From Cyanophora paradoxa CCMP329 (lineage: Eukaryota; Plantae; Glaucophyta): a stretch of DNA of 49,350 bases. Every line of letters begins with the position of its first letter. The first letter of the stretch is position 1. The stretch spans positions 1 through 49,350 of the forward strand of contig QPMI01000309.1 in the NCBI GenBank assembly GCA_004431415.1, written 5' to 3'. Shown piece by piece: positions 26,487-38,475 of this stretch. The notes under the pieces are model-generated. The model had not been told where the DNA came from. It did not search any database and saw only the letters and a program-made list of their open reading frames with translations. Made by a program: the position numbers and the translations under genes.

Positions 26487-27150
26487 GGTAGTAGGCTGTC
26501 TACGTAGCCATATTATCGTGGCCCATGGGCATTGGGCCATGCCATGATGATCATCATGGCATGACGCCATGTGCAGCAGCAGCAGCAGCCCGCGGCCGCT
26601 GAGCAGCAGCACTGCAGTCTGCAGCTGCAGCCTGCAGGCTGCAGCCTGCCCGGCCCGGCCCTGCCGCAGTGCTACCAGTGCTACCTGCCGCAGCAGCCTG
26701 TCGTGCCAGTGAGTCCGTGGCAGTCCGTGCGAGCGCGAGGTGCGCTGCCGTGCGCATGCACTGCCGCAGTATATACCGTAGTACGTATGCGATTACTAGT
26801 CATATTGCGCTGCTCGGCGGCTAAATCTAAGCTTTTTAGGCATCGACTCGGCGAGGTCACCTGCAGCCGGCCGCGCCGCGCGCGGGTGCGCGGGGCTATG
26901 GCGGGGCAGCGCACATAGCCGGCGCCATATATATATATATGTATAGGATTATCGGATTCCTCTTTATGCATATATATATGGGTTGGGAACTCCTGAAGTT
27001 GAGGTTATAATTAACGTTCGGAATCTTATATTACGCGCGGAATCGCGGGCCTAGGCCCTGAAACAATCTCGCAGTCACTGAATCTCGCAGACCGTCGGAC
27101 GTTGCAATTGCGTACGCGTGCACGTATAATCATCGAATTCAAAACTTGAG

Positions 27151-30100
27151 ATGGGCCGTCCGCGAGCGAAATGCTGGGCCAACGCGGACTGTTCGGGAAC
27201 TCCCGAGCACACGATCGACAAGTGCGCACTGAGCGGCCAGCCTGGCAGATGCATATGGTTCACCTGGGTTCGGCTGCAGCTCCGGGGCAAACTAACGTCA
27301 ATCGCGCATGCGCAGGGGCGGTCTCGTGTCTGCTATTTGCTCGAATTCCTCGTACCTTGCCGGGAATCAGCGAGGCAGCAGCACTTGCGTTCCAGCCAAG
27401 CTGCTGTGTTACACTTCAACGTACGTTCGAATTAGCTCCTTTCGATTGCGAACCACGCACCTGAGTTCGGTTCGGCTCATTCGTTCGCCCGATCAGCGAT
27501 TGTTCGGAGGACTTCTCTGTCGGAAAAGACCCTGCTTCGGGCAGCTTTGTCAGCCAGTAGTGCGGATGTTTTTTATTCAAATATTCTAACTACTATACGA
27601 GCAATGATCATGTGTATACGGTCGCAGCCAAGCGGGGACGATGTCCGACGCGGAAGCGTTCGCTCGCTGCCCTGTGCGGCGCTCCTCTAGATCTAGATCT
27701 GAACTCGTCTCCCGTTCGCTTAGCCAATAATGGACGTGTGCTTATGCGTCGTACATGTGCAGGAAGGCACTTTGAGCTTCAAGAATGGCGACAGCGCCAC
27801 GTGCCACGCCGCTCATCCGTTCATCGAATGCTACACGAGCTTCGACTGCACCACGACCGGGGAGGTGTCGGAGCGCACCTACATCCTGGGAAATGACCCG
27901 TGCGCCTGCCATTTATACATTAAATTGTAACTGATATTAAACTCTTGCCGCTATGATCTGATCGTACATGCTTTCCGGATCCTCACCTGGGCATGCACGG
28001 GATGCATGTTCAGTTCAAAGTGTCCCGACTCAGCGAACTCGTTCAAAAATGGCGGGGATACGACATGCAAGCCAGCCAACTTGCTCTGTTTTGAAGACAG
28101 GTGAGCCCCCGCATCTGGCGCCATGGATCCCGGACCGTCGCAACTACATACCTATATGTGTGCATATATGTGCTGATCGATTGCAACGTGCGCGGCCTGC
28201 AGCAACTGCAGCGGCACGCCCGCGGTTGGCAAGGATGCCTCAGGCAAATCCGTCGACTTTTAGTGCGTTTGCTTTAATTCACAGTCGATTCTCATATATA
28301 TATAGCGCTTTCTTCCGACGCGCTCATCTCTCAAATAAATGAACATAATCTGACCACGTGGCGTTTTGCAGCCAGCCAGAGGGGATTACGGACGAGGAGG
28401 CTTGGGCCCGCTGCCCGGTGCGCTTCTGAGCGCACGTACTGTTTTCTGACACTTTAGATCTCGATCTGCAACACCATCCGTTCATCGGAAGGGCTCATCT
28501 CACCATCGTTTCAGGCGGGCACGCAATCGGTCAAGGAGGCACATGCACTTTCAACTGCGTGCAAAGCAGACGTTCACTTCGGCACTTTATGGTAATCAGC
28601 AGGGCATTGCACCCTCGATCCCCATTGATCCACTGTCTTTGCTGCACGCCCGCTCAGCTACTCCGACCTCGAGTGCCGCTCGACCGCTACGTGGGCGTTC
28701 GACAAGTCGCAGTGCCCTGCAGACAGTCTTGCCGTGCGAGCTGCTGCCCCGCTCCTTGTCTTAGCTTGCCGCGATCTTGCGTATACGTATACGTCTAACG
28801 TTAACGTTGCGCATGCTATTCTTGCAGACAATCACGCGAGGCGTATCCGACGGCAAATGCACACACTCCAAGCTCCTGTGGTACGCTGCAACCATCCACA
28901 TATCGATTGCGGTGGAGAGGCATCGATGCGCCGTGCGCAGCTTTTCGGGCCGCGACTGCTCCGAGAACGTTACGGTCGGCAAAGACCCCGCGTCGGGCAG
29001 CCTCGTCACTGAGTAGTGCGCGATCGCTCGGAGGCTAATGCTAATAAATAACGATTTGCTGACAGATCTAGGAAAGACATCGGCAAAGTTGTTGCGCGCC
29101 ACTGAGCATTCGAACGCAGCCAGCCGGAGAACATGTCCGACTCGGAAGCGTTCGCCCGCTGCCCTGTGCGGCGGATTCTTTGCATTCTTTTCCCGCTCCC
29201 AAACGCAGCATCTATAACCGTTCTACGCGCGCATTTGCGGGGCATGCGCAGGCTGGCACTCTAAGCTTCAAGGATGGCGGCGCTGCAGAATGCAGCGCTG
29301 CTCATCCGTTCACCAAATGCTACAAGAGCTGGGATTGCGCAGCCGCGGGGTCGGAGGGCGACGTCAAGATCGTCCTCGGAACGGATCCGTGCGCATGCTG
29401 TTCTAAGGGTTCATCCGCTTATCTGTGATCATGACGCGTTCGTCTTCGCTGCATCGCTATCGCCGTAACCTCTGCAGCGCGAACTGCCCAGCTGGCACAA
29501 TCAGCTACAGCATCAACGAGAACAAGACCTGCATTCCCTGGGCCCTCCAGTGCTTCTCCGACAGAACTTGCACGGGCACGCCAGCCATCGGCAAGGACTC
29601 AACTGGCGGCCTGTACTCTCACTAGTGCGACGACTCTTGGTCCCCATGCCCCGTGAACAGTCAACGGATCAGCACCTGAATGCGGCGATCGTGCAGCCAG
29701 CCAGAGGGGGTCACGGACGAGGAGGCCTGGGCCCGCTGTCCGGTGCGCATGCGCATTGCTAGCTTTTGCACGCACGCCATACGTCTTCCCTTGTGTCGAC
29801 GTCTGGCATGCGATCATGGACGCTCTATTTGTAATTATATATATATTAATTATAAACCTCTTTAGGCCGGCACGCTCTCAGTTCAGGAAGCCGGTTCGAC
29901 CACGTGCCGCGCGAGCGACGTGCATGGGGGCACTGCCTGGTGCTCTGATTCCCTATTTTCGCTGTCCTCTGCTCTAATTCCTAATATTATTTTATTAACG
30001 ACTTTCTTTACGTCTTGGTCCTTCGCAGCTTTTCGGATTTGAAATGTAGCTCGTCTCCAACTTGGGCGTTCGACAAGTCAAAGTGCCCGGCTGATACTGC

Positions 30101-33100
30101 AGCCGTGCGCATTTGCATTCGAATTCTGCGGGCACCCCATACCAAGATCTAGAACCGCTCAATCTGCCCACTATTCGCGTTTCCGACATCCTGCAGATCA
30201 AGTCGAATGACGTCAACTCGGGGCAGTGCACTCCCAACAAGCTTGTCTGGCGAGCCCGTTATGGCGCGCCGAACGAGTCTCGCGCTGAGGAGTGGCCCGC
30301 GCAGCTTCTCGGGCGCGAACTGCACGCGTGCCAGCACAATCACGAGCTTCGAGCAATAGTGCGCACGCGATCGCTCCTATCGCACGGTTGCCTTTATTGC
30401 AATCGCCATAGAGGATGCTGCTGCGATCGCCCCAGCGTTTCAGTGCTATTAATACTTATTATTTTGTAAAGACCTTTCTGATCACGACGTCGACCCACAC
30501 AATTCGCAGCCAGCCAGAGGGGGTCACGGACGAGGAGGCCTGGGCCCGCTGCCCGGTGCGCCTCTGAGCGCACTGTTTTCTGGCGCTCTAGACCTCGATC
30601 GATATCTGCGGCACCTTTCGTTAATCGGACAGCTAACATCGCCATCATTTCAGGCGGGCACGCAATCGGTCAAGGAGGCGCATTCAGCTGCCTGCAAAGC
30701 AGACGTTCACTTCGGCACTTCGTGGTAATTAAATCAGGACCTTAAGCTTGGCCATGGCACCCTCGATCCCCATTGATCCACTGTCTTTGCTGCACGCCCG
30801 CTCAGCTACTCCGACCTCGAGTGCCGCTCGACCGCTACGTGGGCGTTCGACAAGTCGCAGTGCCCTGCAGACAGTCTTGCTGTGCGAGCTGCTGCCCCGC
30901 TCCTTGTCTTAGCTTGCCGCGATCTTGCGTATACGTATACGTCTAACGTTAACGTTGCGCATGCTATTCTTGCAGACAATCACGCGAGGCGTATCCGACG
31001 GCAAATGCACACACTCCAAGCTCCTGTGGTACGCTGCAACCATCCACATATCGATTGCGGTGGAGAGGCATCGATGCGCCGTGCGCAGCTTTTCGGGCCG
31101 CGACTGCTCCGGAAAAGTTACGGTCGGCAAAGACCCCGCGTCGGGCAGCCTCGTCACTGAGTAGTGCGCGATCGCTCGGAGGCTAATGCTAATAAATAAC
31201 GATTTGCTGAAAGATCTAGAAAAGACATCGGCAAAGTTGTTGCGCGCCACTGAGCATTCGAACGCAGCCAGCCGGAGAACATGTCCGACTCGGAAGCGTT
31301 CGCCCGCTGCCCCGTGCGGCGGTTTCTTTGCAATTGCATTCTTTTCCCGCTCCCAAACGCAGCATCTATAACCGTTCTACGCGCGCATTTGCGGGGCATG
31401 CGCAGGCTGGCACTCTAAGCTTCAAGAATGGCGGCGACGTTGACGTTGTTGCACTTGAGGGCGGCGACGTCGACGATGATCGTGATGAAAATCATAACAG
31501 CTCCAGAATGGACGAACGGATGCGCTTTCAGATGCAAATTCAGCTTATTAGCGCTATCCAACGGTTCAAAGACAGCGGCGATAAGAGTTACAAGGAAATT
31601 GCCGAAATGTATGCGCGGCTGCAGGATTTATCCTCCATCAACGACGGCGACGATCGCGACGGCGACGGCGAAGATCGCGATATCGACGCGAAGTGCTTCG
31701 AAGCTCACCCGTTCACCAAATGCTACAAGAGCTGGGATTGCGCAGCCGCGGGGTCGGAGGGCGACGTCAAGATCGTCCTCGGAACGGATCCGTGCGCATG
31801 CTGTTCTAAGGGTTCATCCGCTTATCTGTGATCATGACGCGTTCGTCTTCGCTGCATCGCTATATATCGCCGTAACCTCTGCAGCGCGAACTGCCCAGCT
31901 GGCACAATCAGCTACAGCATCAACGAGAACAAGACCTGCATTCCCTGGGCCCTCCAGTGCTTCTCCGACAGAACTTGCACGGGCACGCCAGCCATCGGCA
32001 AGGACTCAACTGGCGGCCTGTACTCTCACTAGTGCGACGACTCTTGGTCCCCATGCCCCGTGAACAGTCAACGGATCAGCACCTGAATGCGGCGATCGTG
32101 CAGCCAGCCAGAGGGGGTCACGGACGAGGAGGCCTGGGCCCGCTGTCCGGTGCGCATGCGCATTGCTAGCTTTTGCACGCACGCCATACGTCTTCCCTTG
32201 TGTCGACGTCTGGCATGCGATCATGGACGCTCTATTTGTAATATTATATATTAATTATAAACCTCTTTAGGCCGGCACGCTCTCAGTTCGGGAAGCCGGT
32301 TCGACCACGTGCCGCGCGAGCGACGTGCATGGGGGCACTGCCTGGTGCTCTGATTCCCTATTTTCGCTGTCCTCTGCTCTAATTCCTAATATTATTTTAT
32401 TAACGACTTTCTTTACGTCTTGGTCCTTCGCAGCTTTTCGGATTTGAAATGTAGCTCGTCTCCAACTTGGGCGTTCGACAAGTCAAAGTGTCCGGCTGAT
32501 ACTGCAGCCGTGCGCGTTTGCATTCGAATTCTGCGGGCACCCCATACCAAGATCTAGAACCGCCCAATCTGCCCACTATTCGCGTTTCCGACATCCTGCA
32601 GATCAAGTCGAATGACGTCAACTCGGGGCAGTGCACTCCCAACAAGCTTGTCTGGCGAGCCCGTTATGGCGCGCCGAACGAGTCTCGCGCTGAGGAGTGT
32701 CCCGCGCAGCTTCTCGGGCGCGAACTGCACGCGTGCCAGCACAATCACGAGCTTCGAGCAATAGTGCGCACGCGATCGCTCCTATCGCACGGTTGCCTTT
32801 ATTGCAATCGCCATAGAGGATGCTGCTGCGATCGCCCCAGCGTTTTAGTGCTATTAATACTTATTATTTTGAAAAGACCTTTCTGATCACGACGTCGACC
32901 CACACAATTCGCAGCCAGCCAGAGGGGGTCACGGACGAGGAGGCCTGGGCCCGCTGTCCGGTGCGCGTCTGTTCATAAACTCGAGCGCATTGTTTTCCGG
33001 CGATAGCCCGCTGCCTTGTGCGGCGGTGTCGCTGGGCGTGCATCCGTTCCCCGCTCTCAAATGCAGCCAACCTTTATTCCCGCACATTTTCGGCACAGGC

Positions 33101-36100
33101 TGGCACGCTAAGCTTTACGAATAGCGGGGCTGCCAAGTGCTTCGAAGCTCACCCGTTCACCAAATGCTACAAGAGCTGGGATTGCGCAGCCGCGGGGTCG
33201 GAGGGCGACGTCAAGATCGTCCTCGGAACGGATCCGTGCGCATGCTGTTCTAAGGGTTCATCCGCTTATCTGTGATCATGACGCGTTCGTCTTCGCTGCA
33301 TCGCTATCGCCGTAACCTCTGCAGCGCGAACTGCCCAGCTGGCACAATCAGCTACAGCATCAACGAGAACAAGACCTGCATTCCCTGGGCCCTCCAGTGC
33401 TTCTCCGACAGAACTTGCACGGGCACGCCAGCCATCGGCAAGGACTCAACTGGCGGCCTGTACTCTCACTAGTGCGACGACTCTTGGTCCCCATGCCCCG
33501 TGAACAGTCAACGGATCAGCACCTGAATGCGGCGATCGTGCAGCCAGCCAGAGGGGGTCACGGACGAGGAGGCCTGGGCCCGCTGCCCGGACAAGTGCGC
33601 GTTAAATGGACCACCGAAACCACCGATTGCGTTCCCGATCCTGTAAATGATTCTGATCGATTGTTCGACAGAACTCTAGCGTTCAAGGACAGCGCAAACA
33701 TTACCTGCAATTCTAACGTTAGGAAAGGAGGAAACTGCTACGAGGTGATTCTGATGATTCGTATTCATATATAATTAAATATTCGGGTGCGCAGAGCACC
33801 AACTGTGTGGAGGTGGAAGAATCGAAATCAAGTCGCTGCCGACACTTGTTCAACGTTATGGAATCCCAGAGGAAACAGCTGCATGCAGCAAAGTTGAAGG
33901 AAGCGGTGATTCTATTTCAAATCCTTCAAGCAAAAGGATCCCTTAAACGATGCGCCTGCCTTGCATGGCTCATTTGTGCGACCAGATGGCGCTTGCCGTG
34001 CAGTACGGGTGTACAAGCAACGATTTGGACGTCGTCTACAAGGTGACTCGAGCATACGACGCGTGAGCCGTGGCCACATGCACAGAACTCTCTTTGCCAG
34101 AAGGCTAACATCTTCGTGGGATGCAGTTCGAAGTGTCCCGACTCAGCCGCCTCGTTCAAGAGAGATGATGATTTTACAAGCGGGGCATGCAAGCCGGCGG
34201 GTCTGCTGTGCTACAACAATCGGTGAGCTGGCCTTATCCAATCAAATTGGCTTGAAATTAGTGACAAGTGCTGACTGGGCCGGTTGGAATGCTGACCGAA
34301 TCGGCAGCAACTGCAGCGGCACGCCCTCGGTTGGCAAGGATGCCTCGGGCAAATCCGTCGATTTTTAGTGCGTTTATTTTTATCACACTTGTTACACAAT
34401 CCTTGGGACGTCGACTGTCCTTGCCAAGCACATGCACAGTCAATCCTCATAGCGCTTCAGATTCGCTACGACGCACTGATCTCTCAAATATCTGATCACG
34501 TGGCGCGACGCAGCCAGCCAGAGGGGGTCATGGACGAGGAGGCCTGGGGCCGCTGTCCGGTGCGCAATAAAATCTCTAGGCGTTCCGGGCTATCGATTCA
34601 TATATTTTTCTTTTTTTGCGCGAGCGGATCAGAATCCATATGCATTTCGGGCTCGAAGTTTCGAGCGGGATCTCTAGCTCCTCGAAAGCTAGACATTGGT
34701 TCAATATTGATTCTGCAGAAAGAAGCCGGGGTAGGCTTGATCATGAACGTGGGAGTGTTGCCGTAGTACATTGTGTAAAGCCCGGCCGTGGCCATGGACC
34801 CTCCGAGCTCTCTCATGAAATACAGAGCTCATTTTAAGTTTGTTCGGGTTGCAGGCCGGCACCTTCGGGGTTCGAGAAGTTGGCTCCACAGCGTGCAACT
34901 CTGAAGTTCACGGCGCTGCCTGGTATTTTGAGTACTTCGATTGCTTAAACTGTCGTTCTTGACGATCTGACGTCGACCGGTTTCCTGCGCAGCTACACCG
35001 ATCTGAATTGCGAGACGGCTTTCACGTGGGCGTTCGACAAGTTTAAATGCCCGGCCGACACTGTTGCCGTACGCATTTAACTTGCATTCAAATTCTGCGA
35101 GCAATCCAAGCCCAGCACGGCTCAATCTACCGTTAACACGCGTTTCCGCCATCCTGCAGATCAAGTCAAATGACGTTAATTCGGGGCAGTGCACTCCGAA
35201 CAAGCTTGTCTGGCACGCTTGAGCCCGGTACGACGACCCGAACGGATCTCGCGCTTAAGCGTGGCCCGCGCAGCTTTTCGGGCGCGAATTGCACGGGTGC
35301 CAGGACAATCACGAGCTTCGAGCAGTAGTGCGCTCTTCTGTTTTTTGCATGACCGCTTCTCTGGATCTAGATCTTGCAATTGCCGGCGCCATATATATAG
35401 GCGTTGCTGATGGGAGCGTGCCGGCGCCGGCATTACAGTTCAAAAGAAGTTTTCTTACCCCCGAATGTCGCAGCCAGCCAGAGGGCGTCACGGACGAGAA
35501 GGCCTGGGCCCGCTGCCCGGTGCGCGTACCAAGGAATCACCATGCGCATGCGCAGAATCCGCGGGTTCAGGCTTGCTTAACTTGAACTGCGATTGCAGGG
35601 CGGCACCCTCGGATTCAAGGAAGCCAACTCGGTCAATTGCAGCTTGAACGTGTATGCTGGGGTTGCCTGGTTAGTGCAATGTTATTTGTGTTGCCGGTGC
35701 TGTCGGGACGTTCTGCTGATTTCAGCGCCCATGGCCACGGGAACTGGTTCGCGGACGTTCCTGCGCAGCTACTCTAATCCGAATTGCGAACGTGCCCCCA
35801 CGTGGGCGTTCGACAAGTCAAAGTGTCCGGCTGATACGGCAGCCGTGCGCGTTTGCATTCGAATTCTGCGGGCACCCCATACCAAGATCTAGAACCGCTC
35901 AATCTGCCCACTATTCGCGTTTCCGACATCCTGCAGATCAAGTCGAATGACGTCAACTCGGGGCAGTGCACTCCCAACAAGCTTGTCTGGCGAGCCCGTT
36001 ATGGCGCGCCGAACGAGTCTCGCGCTGAGGAGTGGCCCGCGCAGCTTTTCGGGCGCGAATTGCAAGGGTGCCAGCACAACCACGAGCTTCGATCAGTAGT

Positions 36101-38475
36101 GCGCTCTCTCCTATATAGTAATTGCATGGCAGCTTTTAGATCGCGAGATCTAAATCTTGCAATTGCCGGCGCCATAGGCGTTGCTGATGCGATCACGAGC
36201 TTGCCGGCGCCGGCATTTCAGCGCAAAAGACGTTTTCTTACGTATACCCCCGAATGTCGCAGCCAGCCAGAGGGCGTCGCGGACGAGGAGGCCTGGGCCC
36301 GCTGCCCGGTGCGCGTACCAAGGAATCACTTTCTTGTCGCACTGCGGCATGCGCAGAATTCGGAGGTTCGGGCTTGTTTGAATTGCTATCGCAGGGCGGT
36401 ACCCTCGGATTCAAGGAAGCCAACTCGGTCAATTGCAGTTCAAACGTGTATGCTGGGGTTGCCTGGTTAGTGCAATGTTATTTGTGTTGCCGGTGCTGTC
36501 GGGACGTTCTGCTGATTTCAGCGCCCACGGGAACTGGTTCGCGGTCGTTCCTGCGCAGCTACTCTAATCGATATCCGAATTGCGAACGTGCTCCCACGTG
36601 GGCGTTCGACAAGTCAAAGTGCCCGGCTGATACGGCAGCCGTGCGCGTTTGCATTCGAATTCTGCGGGCACCCCATACCAAGATCTAGAACCGCTCAATC
36701 TGCCCACTATTCGCGTTTCCGACATCCTGCAGATCAAGTCGAATGACGTCAACTCGGGGCAGTGCACTCCCAACAAGCTTGTCTGGCGAGCCCGTTATGG
36801 CGCGCCGAACGAGTCTCGCGCTGAGGAGTGGCCCGCGCAGCTTCTCGGGCGCGAACTGCACGCGTGCCAGCACAATCACGAGCTTCGAGCAATAGTGCGC
36901 TCGCGATCGCTCCTATCGCACGGTTGCCTTTATTGCAATCGCCATAGAGGATGCTGCTGCGATCGCCCCAGCGTTTCAGTGCTATTAATACTTATTATTT
37001 TGTAAAGACCTTTCTGATCACGACGTCGACCCACAAAATTTGCAGCCAGCCAGAGGGGGTCACGGACGAGGAGGCCTGGGCCCGCTGCCCGGTGCGCCTC
37101 TGAGCGCACTGTTTTCTGGCGCTCTAGACCTCGATCGATATCTGCGGCACCTTTCGTTAATCGGACAGCTAACATCGCCATCATTTCAGGCGGGCACGCG
37201 ATCGGTCAAGGAGGCGCATTCAGCTGCCTGCAAAGCAGACGTTCACTTCGGCACTTCGTGGTAATTAAATCAGGACCTTAAGCTTGGCCATGGCACCCTC
37301 GATCCCCATTGATCCACTGTCTTTGCTGCACGCCCGCTCAGCTACTCCGACCTCGAGTGCCGCTCGACCGCTACGTGGGCGTTCGACAAGTCGCAGTGCC
37401 CTGCAGACAGTCTTGCTGTGCGAGCTGCTGCCCCGCTCCTTGTCTTAGCTTGCCGCGATCTTGCGTATACGTATACGTCTAACGTTAACGTTGCGCATGC
37501 TATTCTTGCAGACAATCACGCGAGGCGTATCCGACGGCAAATGCACACACTCCAAGCTCCTGTGGTACGCTGCAACCATCCACATATCGATTGCGGTGGA
37601 GAGGCATCGATGCGCCGTGCGCAGCTTTTCGGGCCGCGACTGCTCCGAGAACGTTACGGTCGGCAAAGACCCCGCGTCGGGCAGCCTCGTCACTGAGTAG
37701 TGCGCGATCGCTCGGAGGCTAATGCTAATAAATAACGATTTGCTGAAAGATCTAGAAGAGACATCGGCAAATGTGTTGCGCGCCACTGAGCATTCGAACG
37801 CAGCCAGCCGGAGAACATGTCCGACTCGGAAGCGTTCGCCCGCTGCCCCGTGCGGCGGTTTCTTTGCAATTGCATTCTTTTCCCGCTCCCAAACGCAGCA
37901 TCTATAACCGTTCTACGCGCGCATTTGCGGGGCATGCGCAGGCTGGCACTCTAAGCTTCAAGGATGGCGGGGCTGCAGAATGCAGCGCTGCTCATCCGTT
38001 CACTACGTGCTACACCGACACAAGTTGCGAGGGTCCTGGAATTTCCGTCTTTGACCAGTCAATGTGTCCGCTCGGCACTGCAGCCGTTCGCGTGCGTCAT
38101 AGGCCGGTCTCAAACATTCGCCGGTCTGCGCATACCAAATTCGCAGACGATCGATATCTCGACGCAAAGCCAGGGCCTCTGCGCTCCCCTGAGCCTTCTC
38201 AACGACGAGATGTCTGCGATCGATATCGACGAGGACGCAGTGTCCGAGGCTCGCTTGACGCTTTTCTTACGTGCCGCAGTGCCCTCTCCAAGCTCGGCTT
38301 ATTGAAACAGCTGCAGGGCACGCAGGAGGTGGACTCTGATCATGATTACGCCGAATTCGAAACGGCCAGCGCTGAATCGCTTTGCCAATGTCACGAGGTG
38401 CGAAAATGTGTCGAATGTTGAGTTTCGTCTTCTTATATTTATTTGAAGCAGTCCGGGTTCTTGGAATGCGCATGA
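27151..38475 (+). CDS. Large (roughly 1,700 aa) Cys-rich tandem-repeat protein built from short-exon cassettes; family not recognised
   Basis: Exons splice in frame through GT/GC-AG borders, for example EY|QPENMSDSEAFARCP|AGTLSFKDGGAAECSAAHPFTKCYKSWDC...GTDP|ANCPAGTISYSINENKTCIPWALQCFSDRTC...SHY|QPEGVTDEEAWARCP. Units are ~100-110 aa with 8 Cys. Apparent TAG stops are split TA|C codons. Exons at 33795-34042 and the last two exons are tentative. Confidence 0.8.
27628..37849 (+). repeat. 14 dispersed copies of a 46-nt hub exon plus kb-scale near-identical cassette duplications
   Basis: Hub exon starts: 27628, 28372, 29120, 29697, 30510, 31268, 32104, 32915, 33544, 34514, 35474, 36263, 37046, 37804. 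Near-identical blocks including introns: 28734/30882/37418, 29550/31957/33397 and 30113/32518/35853/36649. Confidence 0.95.

Noticed and set aside
26553-26980. Gln-rich ORF 26571..26918 and TA microsatellite
   Set aside because: Low-complexity CAG/CTG and TA repeats with no ATG start or splice support.
31436-31687. Insert interpreted as an intein or intron
   Set aside because: It has no Cys/Ser start or His-Asn end and no matching donor/CAG pair at its borders.
27556-37700. Recurrent in-frame TAG at cassette ends suggesting stop readthrough or many separate small genes
   Set aside because: Each is TA|gtgcg, a phase-2 donor that joins the next exon's C to make TAC (Tyr).
27628-37849. CRISPR-like reading of the recurring ~46-50 bp repeat
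   Set aside because: Spacing is 580-970 bp, the intervals are themselves duplicated coding cassettes, the repeat has splice sites and codon-wise variation, and no cas genes are present.
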